From: Octopus vulgaris
Lineage: Eukaryota
DNA length: 64,000 bases
Assembly (NCBI GenBank): GCA_951406725.2
Contig: OX597814.1
Location: forward strand, 24,862,001 to 24,926,000
Direction of reading: 5' to 3'
Under the pieces are notes generated by a model that did not search any database, had not been told where the DNA came from, and saw nothing but the letters and a program-made list of their open reading frames with translations. How positions within the stretch are numbered: the first letter of the stretch is position 1; each line of letters starts with the position of its first letter. The position numbers were made by a program, and so were the translations under genes. Shown here piece by piece: positions 21,546-35,270 of the stretch.

Positions 21546-24500
21546 GGTATGTACATACACGCAAACACATTAACTTAATAGCACAAGGTTGGCAACCAGG
21601 CAATAATTAACAGATTACTAATATTGCGTGGTTTATAGATTGGCAAGATTCTGAAATCCTTACAAATTTTCCCTCCAATACTCAATATTAAATCCACAAT
21701 CATTTACAAAGGAATCAGAAGGAAACTTCCATAATATGGATCTTAGTGTGGATCAAGGTTCAGCTCTTTACTGATAAAGTGGTTAATCATTCATCCAAAT
21801 AACTTTTTTTTATATGAGATAAGGTAAGTGCTGACATATTAGAGTTCTGTTAAAGTATATTCTCTAAATAACAAAAATGTTACTTATAACAATATCATTT
21901 TCCATATAATTTTTACTCTTTCATATATTTATGGTTTGATTTCTTCACTTCATCTAAATGTTTGTTCCTACAACAAAGCTTCTTTATGCCCAAATGTTTG
22001 TCTTGCAACTGATTTTTCCTATTTATATGCAAATAGTTTCCTTACAACTAAATATTCCTTCACATAAAAATGTTTTCTTTGCACACAAATCGTTTTCTCA
22101 TTACTTATCAATCATTTTATACAAAAGCATTTTTATGTAAACAATCCAACACTACCATCACTACCGCCGCCGCCACCACCACCACCACCACCACCACCAC
22201 CACTACCAACAACAACAACAACATCCTACCTTTTATTGAATTTATAATTTACTTTCTGCTTCAGCCTGTTTTTTTTATGCATTTGTATTTTTTTTTTAAA
22301 TGCAAGCATTCTTTTACTTTTATTATTTTTAACTATTTATTCTCCACACAAAACAGAAGCCCCGCTTTTCAATTTTATCGTTTTTTAGAAACATTTATAT
22401 TCAACTTTTATAAGCATAATGTCATATATTTTCTTTTAGCTCTTACTACACCATTTGTTTCTTGACAAGTACCTTTACTTTTCTTATGACATTCCTCATT
22501 CAGCTTCCCCAGTCCCTTCTTTAAACTCTTTCAGTTATTGCTTCATTTGTATAATTTGGCTGTCATTCTTAGCCCAATATACTTACTTATTCATCCCTTA
22601 TTCTCCCAATCTTTTCTGTTCCACCATCTTACCTTCCTTTACCACACCACCTTTAACCTGTTCCTTATTTCTTGCTTGAGTTTCTTTTAGTTCATGTCTT
22701 GTGATAAACCACTTCTTCCGTATTTTCTGTCTTTAATACATCATTCAACTATTTTACCTTCTTTCATTCTTTCAAACAATGTTTCTTATCTTCTCTTTTG
22801 TTTCTTCTTTGAAATTATCTATTCTTCTATTTATTCCTTTCATTTTGCTTTCACTCATCCAAACTTTTCCTTAAAATTTCTTTTCATTTATAATCTGTCC
22901 TTTTCTCTTGATGCTTTACACTTTATATTTCTAAAAATTTCTATTATTTCTATGCCTATTCGCCCTCCATTTTGATATCCTTCTGCTCATACTGTCTCTT
23001 CCATTCTTCTCTTTACATCTTATTTCTTACTGCAGGCTACCCAGCTCTAATTACCTACATCATACACAATATTTCCTTTTGAAGATCACATATTTCATAT
23101 ATTGATTTACTCCCCTTACTTCTCATATCATCCCTATATTCTGAACTAATGATCTACCGACTACAAACTTTGACACTAACAATTGCATTTCTTTGTATTC
23201 TATATCATATATAATTTCTATGTGAAAAATTTATTTTATCAATTTTAAAATTTGAATGTGTAAACCTTTTATTAGCCTTTTATATTTTTAAGAATTTTTA
23301 ATTTGATATATAGTTCCTTTACAAATTTGATAATTTTCTTTCCATTTTCCCAAAAATTCACATCTATTTAAAATAAAATTTTCATTACATTTTATTCTTC
23401 TTAGCAGTCTGTTTGGATTAGATTTGGGTAAAACATCATGTCATGGAAATTATTTTCAGGTCTTCATTTGACATATTTTGCTTATCTAGTAATTTAATCT
23501 TTGTCTTTGCTGATCTAAATCTTTGCCTGGAATTTTACCTTTGTCTTCTTTAGACATCTTACAGCATTCTACACTGGCACACACAGTCAAAAACTACTAT
23601 AATTATATGACATTGATGTTATAAAAGATCTCAAAATAAACATTATGCAGCACATACTGAATGCAGGAGTGGCCTGACTTAACTAATTTTATATCAAACA
23701 TGCTAGGTTAAAATGCAGATTTTCACATAAAAATATATTTAAATACTCTCAACTTCAGAAAATGCAAAACCCCGTAATTTTAAGTTATTACTAAATTAAG
23801 AATTAATATTTTGATGCTACTAAACATCATGAAAAATAAGATAACTATCCATCATGCAAAATGTATACCCCATTTTAGATTCCCTGTTTCATGTATCTTA
23901 GATTGTTATTCTATTCAGAAAAAGCAAGATTACCACAAATGTTTTTGTTTCCATTTTTTTAACATCCCCCTGTCTTCATATTTTGCAGAAAACATTCAGT
24001 TGGCCCGAATCTGAGATGTTCAAAGGAAATTACACTAAATTGTATTTATGAAAAAAATATACTTTGTTTCAAAAGGACATGTTGAAGCTGGACAGATTAA
24101 AATTCAGTTAAAACTATTTATACAATTAATTTGAAAAATAAAATCTGTTCTTAAAAGTATCATAGATATTTAGACAGGTGAGTTAAAATGCTATTCAGGG
24201 AGCTATTTATTTTACTCTTACAGAAGATACAATACCATTGCTTATTATTTAAGGGCTGAGGATAAAAAGTAGAATATCCAGCAGAACAACATTACTAAAA
24301 CAGACACACACATATGCATTTGCTAAAATAGACACATGCATACATGCACAGATTAAATCATATGTAACTTCATCTAAAAGTTCAGTTATATCTCAGTAGC
24401 TGAGGATTCATTATTTACTGGTCAAAAATGTCATTTCTGCCCCAAGAAACAAAGACTGGTTTACTTACTATTACTATGATAAAGTTCTTCTCGGTCATTC

Positions 24501-26081
24501 AGATACCCATAAAGTTTAAAAAAGAAATACATTCACATATATGTGTGTGTTATATATACATATATCTGTGTGTGCACGTGTGTGCAAGTATATACATGCA
24601 TACATACTTATATACATGTGTGTGTGTGTGTGTGTGCATGTGTATATTCAGTTGATGAATAGATGGAGACAATGACAGCATCCTAAGTGATGGTAATACT
24701 ATTTGCTTCAGTCACATACATGCTTCAAAACAGCAATGCATTTCTACTTGTAAATTCAGTTGGACAGAAAGATGGTTGCTAATAGGCAATTAAAGGGGTA
24801 GAAAAGAAAAGAAATACCAAAATAAACAAAAAAAGTACACATGTATACACATACATGCATGCATCACACACACACACATGCATCACACACACAATCTCAT
24901 ACACATACATGCACTTGTTTACATTTATGCATATACACATATGTGTGTGTATGTAGATTTTTGTGTGTTGTTGTAATATATATGTATATGTGTGTGTGTG
25001 TGTGTGTTGATATATAGAATAAAAAATACAATAAATAAACATTAAGTTGTAATTATGATCCTCACTACACACGTTTCTGCCGTTCATATATGCCACTCCC
25101 AAATGTAGTCCCTGTCTCCTAGAACCACAGCATCCACCCTTGCCTGGTGACGAATTTTGCTGTCTCATGCAATCATTTTCAGACAGCCTCTGGCAGTATT
25201 TATCACTTGTTAATATCTAAGTTGCAGATGTTTCATATATATTTGGTTGGTTCAGCATGAATTGACAAGCCTCATCAATAGACATGCTTAGGATATAAAG
25301 ACGAAATAAGCATCCCTTTTCAGGGTAAGGAAATTTTTCCATCATTTCACATCAACTAATGGTCATTCATCTGTGGAAAGAAATGCCATTTGAGCCTCAT
25401 AACCTTCCATTCTGGCAGCTTATTTATGAATTTGTGCATAATCCTACATCACATACACTCAAATACACATACATTAGTATACGTATATATACATGCAAAT
25501 CAGTGTGTGTGTGTGTGTGTACGTTGCTTTATAAAAGAAGATATATCATCACAGTCATCATCACCATTATCATCGTCATCAGCAGTAGGAGCAGTATTAT
25601 CATCGTATTCATCTAGTTACTCCATGGGAATGGTGAAAATGATGCAGACTAAAGACAGTGTGTTTATGATGGATTCAGTTCAAATGACTATGGAATATCA
25701 TAAAAATATCCATCCATTACCTTTAAGAATTTTTGTATTTTGAAGTTTTCATGTATTATACACCTTATCAAATACATCAAGGCAGTCTTTATGTACCTTT
25801 CACCTAGGGTTCATTTTCATAATTCTGCAGCAGGAATGAAAAAAAGTATTCAAATTATCTAAACCTCTTTATTTCTTTTGCATGGGTATATGATTAAGAA
25901 GTTCACTCCTCAATTACATAGCTTCAGGTTTAGTCCTGCCGCATGATACCATGGACAGCTGTGTTCTGCTGTCAAGCTGACCTATGCTTTGCAAGGGAAT
26001 TTGGCTGACATAAACAGAAAAAAAAAAACCTTGTGTGTGTGTGTGTGTCTGTGTCTGTGTATGTGTGTGTGTCTGTTTGAA

Positions 26082-26300
26082 TTCTTTTATTCTTTTGTTC
26101 TTTTATTTGTTTCAGTCACTTGAGTGTGGACATGCTGGAGCATTGCTTTTAGTCAAACAAATTGACCCCTTATTCTTTGTAAGCCTAGTATTTATTCTAT
26201 CGGTCTCTTTTGCTAAACTGCTAAGTTACGTGGACATAAACGCACCAGCATTGTTTGTCAAGTGATGGTGGGAGTACAAACACAGAAACATAAACCCATA

Positions 26301-26354
<54 letters not shown>

Positions 26355-26530
26355 CATACATATATATGCCAGGCTTGTTTCAGCTTTTGTCTACCAAATC
26401 CACTCACAAGGCTTTGGTTGGTCTGAGACTATAGTAGAAGACATTTGCCCAAGGTGTCATGCAGTGGGACTGAACCTAGAACCATGTGGTTGGTAAGCAA
26501 GTTACTTACCACACAGCTACTCCTGCACCT
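26082..26530 (-). mobile_element. SINE type B, full length
   Basis: Colinear reverse-complement match to 10935-11360 with an internal (CA)n(TA)n tract. Confidence 0.9.
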
Positions 26531-26843
26531 ATACAATCTATATTGAACTACAGATGTAGTTGATATCACTGCTTGCAACTCAACTTCAAGTGTTGGTGCC
26601 ACCGGTTGAGGATGGTATCCAGATGGCTATGCCTGTTGACATTACCAATCAAAAAATGTTTCCCTATATCTGTGCTTTATAATATCCCTGAAATACAGAA
26701 AAAAATTCCTTCATTTGAAAACTGACAGGAAGAACATCGAATTGCAAAAATCTGCCTCAAATATGAGTGAAATTCCTCTCTCCCCTTTATGATATATTTG
26801 AATTTAGCAGGTAACAGCTAGCCTTTGGCTGCTATTTGGACCA

Positions 26844-27783
26844 TGTTGTGTCTACTACTCTGATTGGTTGATTTTGGCACAATTTGTCTCTTACTCTGTC
26901 GTGCCAATTTGCTGCATATAACCAATCAGAGCCTATAAATAAAATCATGTGAGACAGCCTGTTCTCAACCCAGTTTTAAGCTTACAGCTCCTTATAAAAA
27001 CTCACCTTCTCCCCCTTTCGAGTTCTTTCAGTTCCAGACCTTGAAAGGTCTAGTCACTGACCACAACCAGTTCCAGTGATGACACCACAGCAGCCACGTT
27101 GAGACTTACCAGCTTCGTCCAACAGCATTACGTCGTCAGTCTCCCTGCCACTGTCATGTTTTCAACATTGCCAACATCCTCTCTCTATATACACAGTTCA
27201 GCCAGCAGCTCACCCAGGTTCCAACACTTCTCTGTTTGTGAATTACTTCACCATGGATCAACAATGAATACACACCCTGTAAGAACTCCTATATTCAAGT
27301 GACCCAGGTAGCAGCATGTTGTATGTGAAGCTACGACTTCACATACAACATGTACCTACAACTCTCTCAGCATCATGGCTGCAACTTCTTGATACAGTAT
27401 TTCAACTACCATGTACAATTGACTACGAACTGGTATTCTCATTCCTGTGTCTATGAACTTCTCACTTCGATGGCTATAGACTCCTTCACTACCTACTTCA
27501 CTGCCATTCTTAAATGTTCTTCACACGTGCATACATCTATACTTACACACACACATATACAGTTTTCAACATTGCCAACATCATCTCTCTATATACACAG
27601 TTCAGCCAGCAGCTGTATACATCACACACACACACACACAAGTTTACATATCAATAAATCTTCTCTTAACCATTCTACTCAGTTATGTCTGCTTTTTTTC
27701 TCAGGTACTTACATGTACTATTCATTTTATATGTATTGCATCGACCATGTGATGTACTAAAGAGCCATTCTCATCACCTTACA
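26844..27783 (+). mobile_element. Candidate solo LTR-like element (~940 bp)
   Basis: TGT...ACA ends, inverted CCAAT boxes (26858-26931), TATAAAA ~26994, TCAGTT ~27028, AATAAA ~27653. No TSD found, so the boundaries are uncertain. Confidence 0.42.
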
Positions 27784-28599
27784 TTGCACGGTCCTTGCAA
27801 TTTTCCCTGTCTAAGCCAGGCTGGTATAGAAAAACAGACATTAAACTGAACAAGTGATTAGTTGCAAGAAATTTGACCTCAAACCTTTTATTAAAAAAGG
27901 ATTTTCTTCTTTGGGCAGATGCTTAATTTTTGTTTGCTTAATATTAAATCCATTCGTTATTAGCTAATTAATTAATTAATTACTCATACTTTTCTATTTG
28001 TAGCAGCAGTGTTTTTCAACATATCTCAGTTGCATCTTTGAGTCACTATGCCAAGATGTGATAGAAGGCTTTGTTAATAATTATTTCTAATTTAGGCACA
28101 AGGCCAGCAAATTTGAGGGGAGAAGTTAGTCTATGCCTTTAACCCAGTACTTGATTGGCATTTTATCTTGTCAACCCTGGATGAATCATAGCCATATTGA
28201 GCTCAGTAGTGTTAGAATTCAAAACACAAAGAACCAGAATAAATACTGCAAGATATTTTTTAATGTTGCTCAAACAATTCTTCCAGCTCACCACTTCAGA
28301 AGGTCTTGATAATAAGAATTTCAAAATTTGGCACAAATCCACAGTATGGAAATAAATCAAGCATAATTCTTAAATGGTGCTTATTTCTATGAGCAATCGA
28401 AGAATGACACAAACTCTTCCCCCATTGTACTACATTGAACTGTAAAGAGAATTAACAAAATACCCCAAGTCATTTTGTCTGGCATTCTACAGAATGTGTC
28501 ACTCCACTGTGCTTTGACTCTGACACTAACTATGAATAAAGAAAAAAAAAATGATTAATTAATATTATGCTTTAGGGAAAAAATCAAATATACCTCACG

Positions 28600-28960
28600 T
28601 CTTGTTGCTCAGCAGGTTTCTTCAGAAACGTTTAATAAATTGACTAGCAGAAGACATTATGTTCTTGTTGCTGTTGTATAGTCTTCTTAGATGTGCTTGG
28701 TCAGACTTATGACATGTTGGTAGATTGTCAAAAGGTCTCAGTGCAACTCACAGATCCCAGCAATCTGGATGGATATATCATGCTTCTCTGCCTGGTTGAG
28801 AACTACACTGTGCTCTCTGACATACAATGATTTATCTTGTGAAAATAGGGTGTGATGGTGTTTGTTCCACTGTCTAGACTGCATTCCATGCTGCTCAAGG
28901 ATGACACATTAATTACATTCTTTCAGAGAATGTTACTTGCTGGAAATGCAATCTGATATA
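28600..28960 (-). mobile_element. Decayed RTE (BovB-like) RT fragment
   Basis: Minus-strand pieces across frameshifts (CSLDS, CTETF/TIYQH, DQAHLRRL) resemble the RTE pattern SLD.E...ETWTIY..H...L.QFHLR.L. Confidence 0.4.
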
Positions 28961-30921
28961 ACTTAAATAAAATACATGTTTTCTTAGGTTATGTTTGGCT
29001 TCGATACTGGGTGGTTTTCTTTCTGACATTTTTGCTTGTGGAGACGGAGAAAATAAAGTCTATGGAAACAATTAGATAAAAAGACTCATTCACAAACACA
29101 AACATGCACCATCATAGATGGCTGGATACATTCTCACAGACACGCACACACAAATTCATATTCAAAAATATAAATACATACTCAAAAACATTCTCACTCA
29201 CATTTCTTCATATATATGTACATACATACACAACTTTTTATTCACAAGCAGGCATATTTTTTATAAACAAATGTGCACACACTTACATGCATATACACAA
29301 ATTTGTTACATTTATAGGCACAAATTTATAGTTACAAAAACTATACACTAATATAAAAAAAATTTACATACCTACACATGAAAATAAATAATGAAAAAAT
29401 TTCAACTTTTGTTCAGGAATGCAAACATAGTATTTTTGAATAAATCTCTTATATTTCTCTTTGTTTTTCTCTCTCATTCTCCCACCCATTCTCTCTGTAT
29501 TACAGAAATGAGAATATCAATATTCTTGCTATTTAATAGAAGAGAAGTGAATTTATTCAGGGAATGACAAAATGATTTAGTTAACTTCACAGATCAGACA
29601 CAGTGAATAATGTGGAATGCAAATAAGCATATTTGCTCCCCAAATTTCAGTTGTTGAATCAGTTTGCAAATATTTCAAGCTTGTGTGTACATTGCAGACT
29701 ATTTAATAGCACATATTTCTACTTTGCCTTTTAGTTTAATGTCCATCCCTGTGACAATAATAAAATGCAAAATAGGAAGATAAATACATAGTTTCTATTC
29801 TTCGAGGAATCCAAATATTAATCCTTCTTAATTAAGGTTCTTTACTTGAATGTTAAATGATTTGTGAGAGAACAATGTGACCGACCACAACCTATAATAT
29901 CTCTGATGTATCATTCGTCACACCATTCATGGCTGTAAATTGAATGCCATAAAATAAGCTCATCCCTAGTTATTTGTTTAACTCTTCCAGAGTTATTTCC
30001 GTGACAGCAGGGTTTACTGATGCCATCAACAATGCTGACTCATAATAATTCCCACCCTTTCTCTTTCATACTTTGTCTTCCCAGTATTCATCTGATATTT
30101 TCATCTATTTCCATAACAACGCTCTGAAGAATAATAATTCCAAGCAACGAAAAGATGACACGATTGGCTGTAAGACTAATATCATGGAAGTTATGACTGT
30201 GACATGCTAGTACATGCTAAAATATAATTTCTCACTGTCATTTTGATGCTTTAAGGAGATTACTTGGAACTTCTTAATTTAGAAACTTTGTCAATAAACT
30301 AGGGATATTTTCATATATTCTGCATATAATCTCTGTGTTTCTAGTTGAGCATTGGTAATATTTATGTGTCAGGGACATAAAGTAATACATTTCTACAGTC
30401 TTTCCAGGTATTTCGATATTTCTGCATTATTTATAAACTGTTTTACTCTCTTGCAAACGTAGCTTATTTCTGCTATAAAGCAATGTTCAAGTTTAATGTT
30501 TAGTACAACCTGGGATTTGTAAATTCAGTCGTTTCATTCATTCTCGATGCAAGTATTTTAAATTTTTAAAAGTCTTATTTAACACTATCTCTCCTTACAT
30601 AATCATGATCAGTAATTATTTACTGTTTGTTTTTGTAGGTTTCACATACCTTGAATGTGGTTGTCAGTTAATTGCTTCAGTAATCTCAGTTGATTAAAAG
30701 TTTTACAGCTCAATGTTTAATGTTCTGAACCCCAGCTATATTTATAATTTAACCTTCAAGACATAGGCATTGCTGTGTGGTTAAGAAATTTGTTTCATAA
30801 TCATGTGGTTTCAGGTTCAATACTACTGCAAAGCAAATTGGGCAAGTATTTACTATAACCTGAGACTATTGAGCAAAATCTTGTGAGTGAATGTGCTAGA
30901 ATGAAACTAAAAATAAATCTT

Positions 30922-30924
<3 letters not shown>

Positions 30925-30984
<60 letters not shown>
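30925..30984. repeat. (CA)n microsatellite
   Basis: Pure CA tract. Confidence 0.95.
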
Positions 30985-30985
<1 letters not shown>

Positions 30986-31984
30986 TGGGTCATCCAATAA
31001 ATAATGTGGATTTTTATACTTCTTTTATTCTCCAAAATTAAGATAAACAAAGTTCTTTTTAAATCTAAAATATACACTCCTTCATTTTCAACAATGCTCT
31101 TCCATCTGACTTGCAAGGCTCCTCTTCCAAAATTCACTAGACCATGATGAAAAATACTCCTCCAGTACTGTTCTGACCTCATCTACAGAATTCATATTTG
31201 TTCTGTCCAAATGATTTTGCTTCAATGAACAGTGACTTAGTTTACAATCAGTATGAAAATATTGAGACAAGGGAAAAGTATACATACACATCACATACAT
31301 ACAAGCAGATACACATACACACACACTAGCAGACACACACACACTAGAAGACACATACACACACATTATGTATGTTGTGTTGTGTTTTGTGTGTGAGTAT
31401 GTGTAGAGTATTGGTTTTTTACTATACCAAGTTTACTTGCATGGCATTGGTCAACACAGGGCTATGATGAAAAACACTACACTGTGAGATGCGACTGAAA
31501 CTCAAATCACATAGTTGTGAAACAAAATTGTTAACGATGCAATCATGCCAAGGGTAAGTATTTTCTAAAACTACATACCAAAAAATGTATTGGATTTAAA
31601 AAAGGAATTGGATATAAAAAGTTTATGAGCTGTTCATTCAATTCCTCATCTGCTTAACAATTCTGTCGTTGTTTGGTCACTAAGTTTAAGATAACAGATA
31701 AAAACCACAATTCTCTAATTGAAAAGCTTTTATTTAAAAAGTATGACACTTCTGTTGTAATATTTTAGATTTACAAGACTATTTGAATTCCTGATGCCCA
31801 AACCAAATAAAATACTGTGTATCCATAACATTTCAAATTAGTATTTGAAGTAATCTATATGTGATTAAAAGCCATTGAAATATTTTGTCTAGGTGTGTGT
31901 AATTTTATTATGCCTCTAACATATTCTTGTTTGTGCTAATCATAATTCAACTGAATCACTTGGATCAGTCAGGCTGTCTGATAC

Positions 31985-32510
31985 TAAGTCAGCTTCGCTG
32001 GCCACAACATTTTCTCCAGACCCCTTGTGCTCTCACCATTCTCCTCCATGTTGTTCCAAACAGCTTTCTTCTGAGTGCTCTCTTCCATTTGTGCGGGTAG
32101 CACTCAATAACTGTATGGGTCTACCAACTGTCTGTGAACCTTGCTGCATGATCAGTTTTGTGTGGTGGTATTCTGCGAGCTGGCAGAAATGTTAGCATGC
32201 CAGGCAAAAAGCTTAGCAGTATTTCATCTGCCGTTATGTTCTGAGTTCAAATTCCGCCGAGGTCAACTTTGCCTTTCATCCTTTCGGAGTCGAAAAATAA
32301 AGTACCAGTTACGCACTGGGGTCGATGTAATCGACTTAATCCGTTTGTCTGTCCTTGTTTGTCCCCTCTATGTTTAGTCCCTTGAGGGCAATAAAGAAAT
32401 AGGTATTCTGCAATGATATCCTTCACTCTAGTTCTATTCCTAATCTCCTCATTCTCGATGTGATCTCTTAGTGAGATTCCCAACATCGACATTTCCATGG
32501 CCCTCTGCTA
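31985..32510 (-). mobile_element. Decayed 3' fragment of a second RTE lineage, interrupted by a SINE
   Basis: QRAMEMSMLGISLRDHIENEEIRNRTRVKDIIAE (~32405-32508) continues past the SINE as HAARFTDSW*THTVIECYPHKWKR. Confidence 0.8.
32177..32401 (+). mobile_element. SINE type A with TSD
   Basis: GAGCTGGCAGAAATGTTAGC head, B box, Meta-like domain; 10-bp TSD GGTATTCTGC at 32167-32176 and 32402-32411. Confidence 0.92.
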
Positions 32511-33210
32511 ATCTTAATTATGATAATAATAACCAAATCTATCATGATTTATTAGATATGCAATGCTATACTTGTTTGAATTGTGGCCATGTTTGGGCAA
32601 CGCATCAAAGGATTTAGTCAAGTAAATTGATTCCACTATTCAATTTTAAGACTTGCACTTATTCTCTCACTTTCTTTTTTGTTTAACTGATAAATTACAG
32701 GCATGTAAACAGATTAATACCAGTTGTTAAGTGGTGAGCAACAAACGCAAATATGCATTCATACTCACTCAAACACACACATTTACGTCTATACATCTGA
32801 ATATATCTATATCTGTATTGACATGTATCTATCACTATACACACTCACACCAATATTTATGTATTCTTTTATATGTTTCAGCCCTAAGGCTGTAGCCATG
32901 CTGGGGCACTGCCAGAATTATTAGACAATAAATTGGATGGTATACACTATGAGGGATAAATGCTAGATAGGTTGAAAAAATTGTAGTGATCAATAAACAT
33001 TTTTGTAGCTTTCAGATTCCGCCTCTCTCATTAATCAGATATATATTTATGTATGCATATATGTTTATATATGTTCTAATAAAGAAGTCAAACCAAATAG
33101 TGATATTTTGAAATCATTTACTACAGGCATTTCAGATCTGCATAATATATAATAGGAAATGCATCTATTATGTAAGGCCTTCCTCAGTTAAAACATTAGA
33201 TAGATAGATA

Positions 33211-33725
33211 CCGTAAATCCTCGAGTATAGTCCGCCCTTGAGTATAATACGCAGGGGATTTTTAGGGGGCTGTACCTCTGAAAAACCTAAACCTTGTGTA
33301 TAATATGCACCCCTTCTGTAACTTGAGTCAAGGAGGTCTATATAACGTCCTTGGTTTGTAAAGCTGTATACGGTAACATCCTTTATTATTATTATTGTAT
33401 ATATAACATAATGCAAACGTGTAGCTTTTGTGTGCATTTTGTTTGCAGAAAATAAAGAAATAACAGTAATAACGTTTAATAAATGTTGCTTACTGCAAGT
33501 TATGGATGTTTCTTTTATGACTTCATTGCTTTCAGGCTTAGCTTAAGGTATTTTCGTACCAGACATCACAAAATGCGTCTGAATAAACATTGCCGGACAG
33601 CAAATAGAGACTCGGACATTGCTTACAAAATAATTTAAATTTTTAACCTCATGTATAATATGCACTAGGGATTTTAACCTTTAAATTTTGGGGAAAAAAT
33701 GCGGATTATACTTGAAAATTTATAG
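33211..33725. mobile_element. Non-autonomous Tc1/mariner-superfamily (Tc2/pogo-like) MITE
   Basis: TIRs CCGTAAATCCTCGAGTATAGTCCGC and GCGGATTATACTTGAAAATTTATAG, TA on both sides, subterminal GTATAATA(C/T)GCA repeats; inserted in a (TAGA)n tract. Confidence 0.82.
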
Positions 33726-33761
33726 TAGATAGATAGATAGATAGGTAGATAGGTAGATAGG

Positions 33762-33829
<68 letters not shown>

Positions 33830-34907
33830 CAAACAGACAGATAAACAGGCAAACAGACAAACGGACAGACAGACATAGAGTGTACATTGCCACTACCATC
33901 TCAATCTTCTTTCCAGTAAGCCTCATCCACACCTCATGTAATGCAGGCCAAACATGTGTCTCTTCTTGAGCAAGAAGCCTGTGCTTCTCCTTCTGCCATA
34001 CTTCAACTTCTCAACACCTGATACAAAGCCATCTTCTTCTATATCAAATGCACCCCAGTTCAGTCAAGGAGGCTTTTTTTTATTTGATTTTCTTCTCCTG
34101 CAAGCTACAAAATCACCTCGATAGTGCTCATCGCATGAAAAGAGCACCCAGAACACACTGTAACATGGCTGGCCCTAAGAAGGATATCCAGCCATAGAAA
34201 TCATGCCAAAACAGATACAGGAGATCAATGCAGAACTGTGGTTCATTGGATCCTGTTAAACCATCCAACCCATGCCAGCATGGGAAATGGATGTTAAATT
34301 ATGCTAACTCTGACATTGATATATGTATGAACGTATGTATAAGCATAAGCTTCCATCAATCCCTACATGCATACATACACACACACACACACACATACAC
34401 ACACACATACATACATACATACATGCATATCATTATTTGTTTACCCTTATGTTGCTACTTGTAGCAATAAGCTAATGAATTCCCAGGTAACATTTATATT
34501 TTTAATGCTATGGACACTGCCAGATTGAATTGTACTGCCAAGGTGTCAAAACCAAGGTGATATCCAATTGAGTAGCTGATGATGGGAAAACACACTGTGC
34601 TAGATGGTGAATTTCTTATATCCTAGTCTCATTATTATGGATTATTCATCATTCTTGTAAGTGTAAAGTGTTCATTGATTCACAGTTTGTAAGGATGACT
34701 TATTTTGGTATTGGTTAATTTTCTTCATAGGTAGCCTAATTAGGCTTGGACAATGCTTAGATATTGTTATCTAGATTTAAGAGGTTATGTGACACACACA
34801 CATGTTATTTTTACTTGTTCCAGCCATGAGCAGGGTCCATGCTGAGGCACCACCATTGGAGTACATATACATACATGCACATATATAAATATATGTGTGT
34901 GTACGTG

Positions 34908-34942
<35 letters not shown>

Positions 34943-34947
<5 letters not shown>

Positions 34948-35148
34948 TAATCCAAACAAGAAAACAAAAACAACAACGCAAGGACGTGGAACAAATAAAG
35001 TATTATTGGACGCTCAGGAAAGAAGGGAAGAAGGAGGGTTTGACGTTTCGAGCGGAGCTTTTTGTCGGAAACATAGGAGAAGGAAAGATCCCGAGAAGGG
35101 AAGACAGGGGAAAAAAATCGCTAGTGATACAGACGAGGTCACATACTA
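34943..35148 (-). mobile_element. Short microsatellite-flanked element with a minimal hammerhead-like motif (Penelope pLTR-like)
   Basis: Minus 35072-35038 reads GTTT-CCGACAAA-AAGC-tcc-GCTC-GAAA-C-GTC-AAAC, with pyrimidine-rich flanks and a 3' end at (TA)n. Confidence 0.6.
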
Positions 35149-35175
35149 AATATATATAGATAGATAGATAGATAG

Positions 35176-35269
<94 letters not shown>

Positions 35270-35270
35270 G
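35149..35270. repeat. Compound (TAGA)n(GA)n(GAAA)n microsatellite
   Basis: Directly visible. Confidence 0.95.

Noticed and set aside
27098-27146. Hammerhead-like CTGACGA...GAAG...GTC on the minus strand
   Set aside because: GAAG instead of GAAA, only 2 bp of stem I and a poor stem II.
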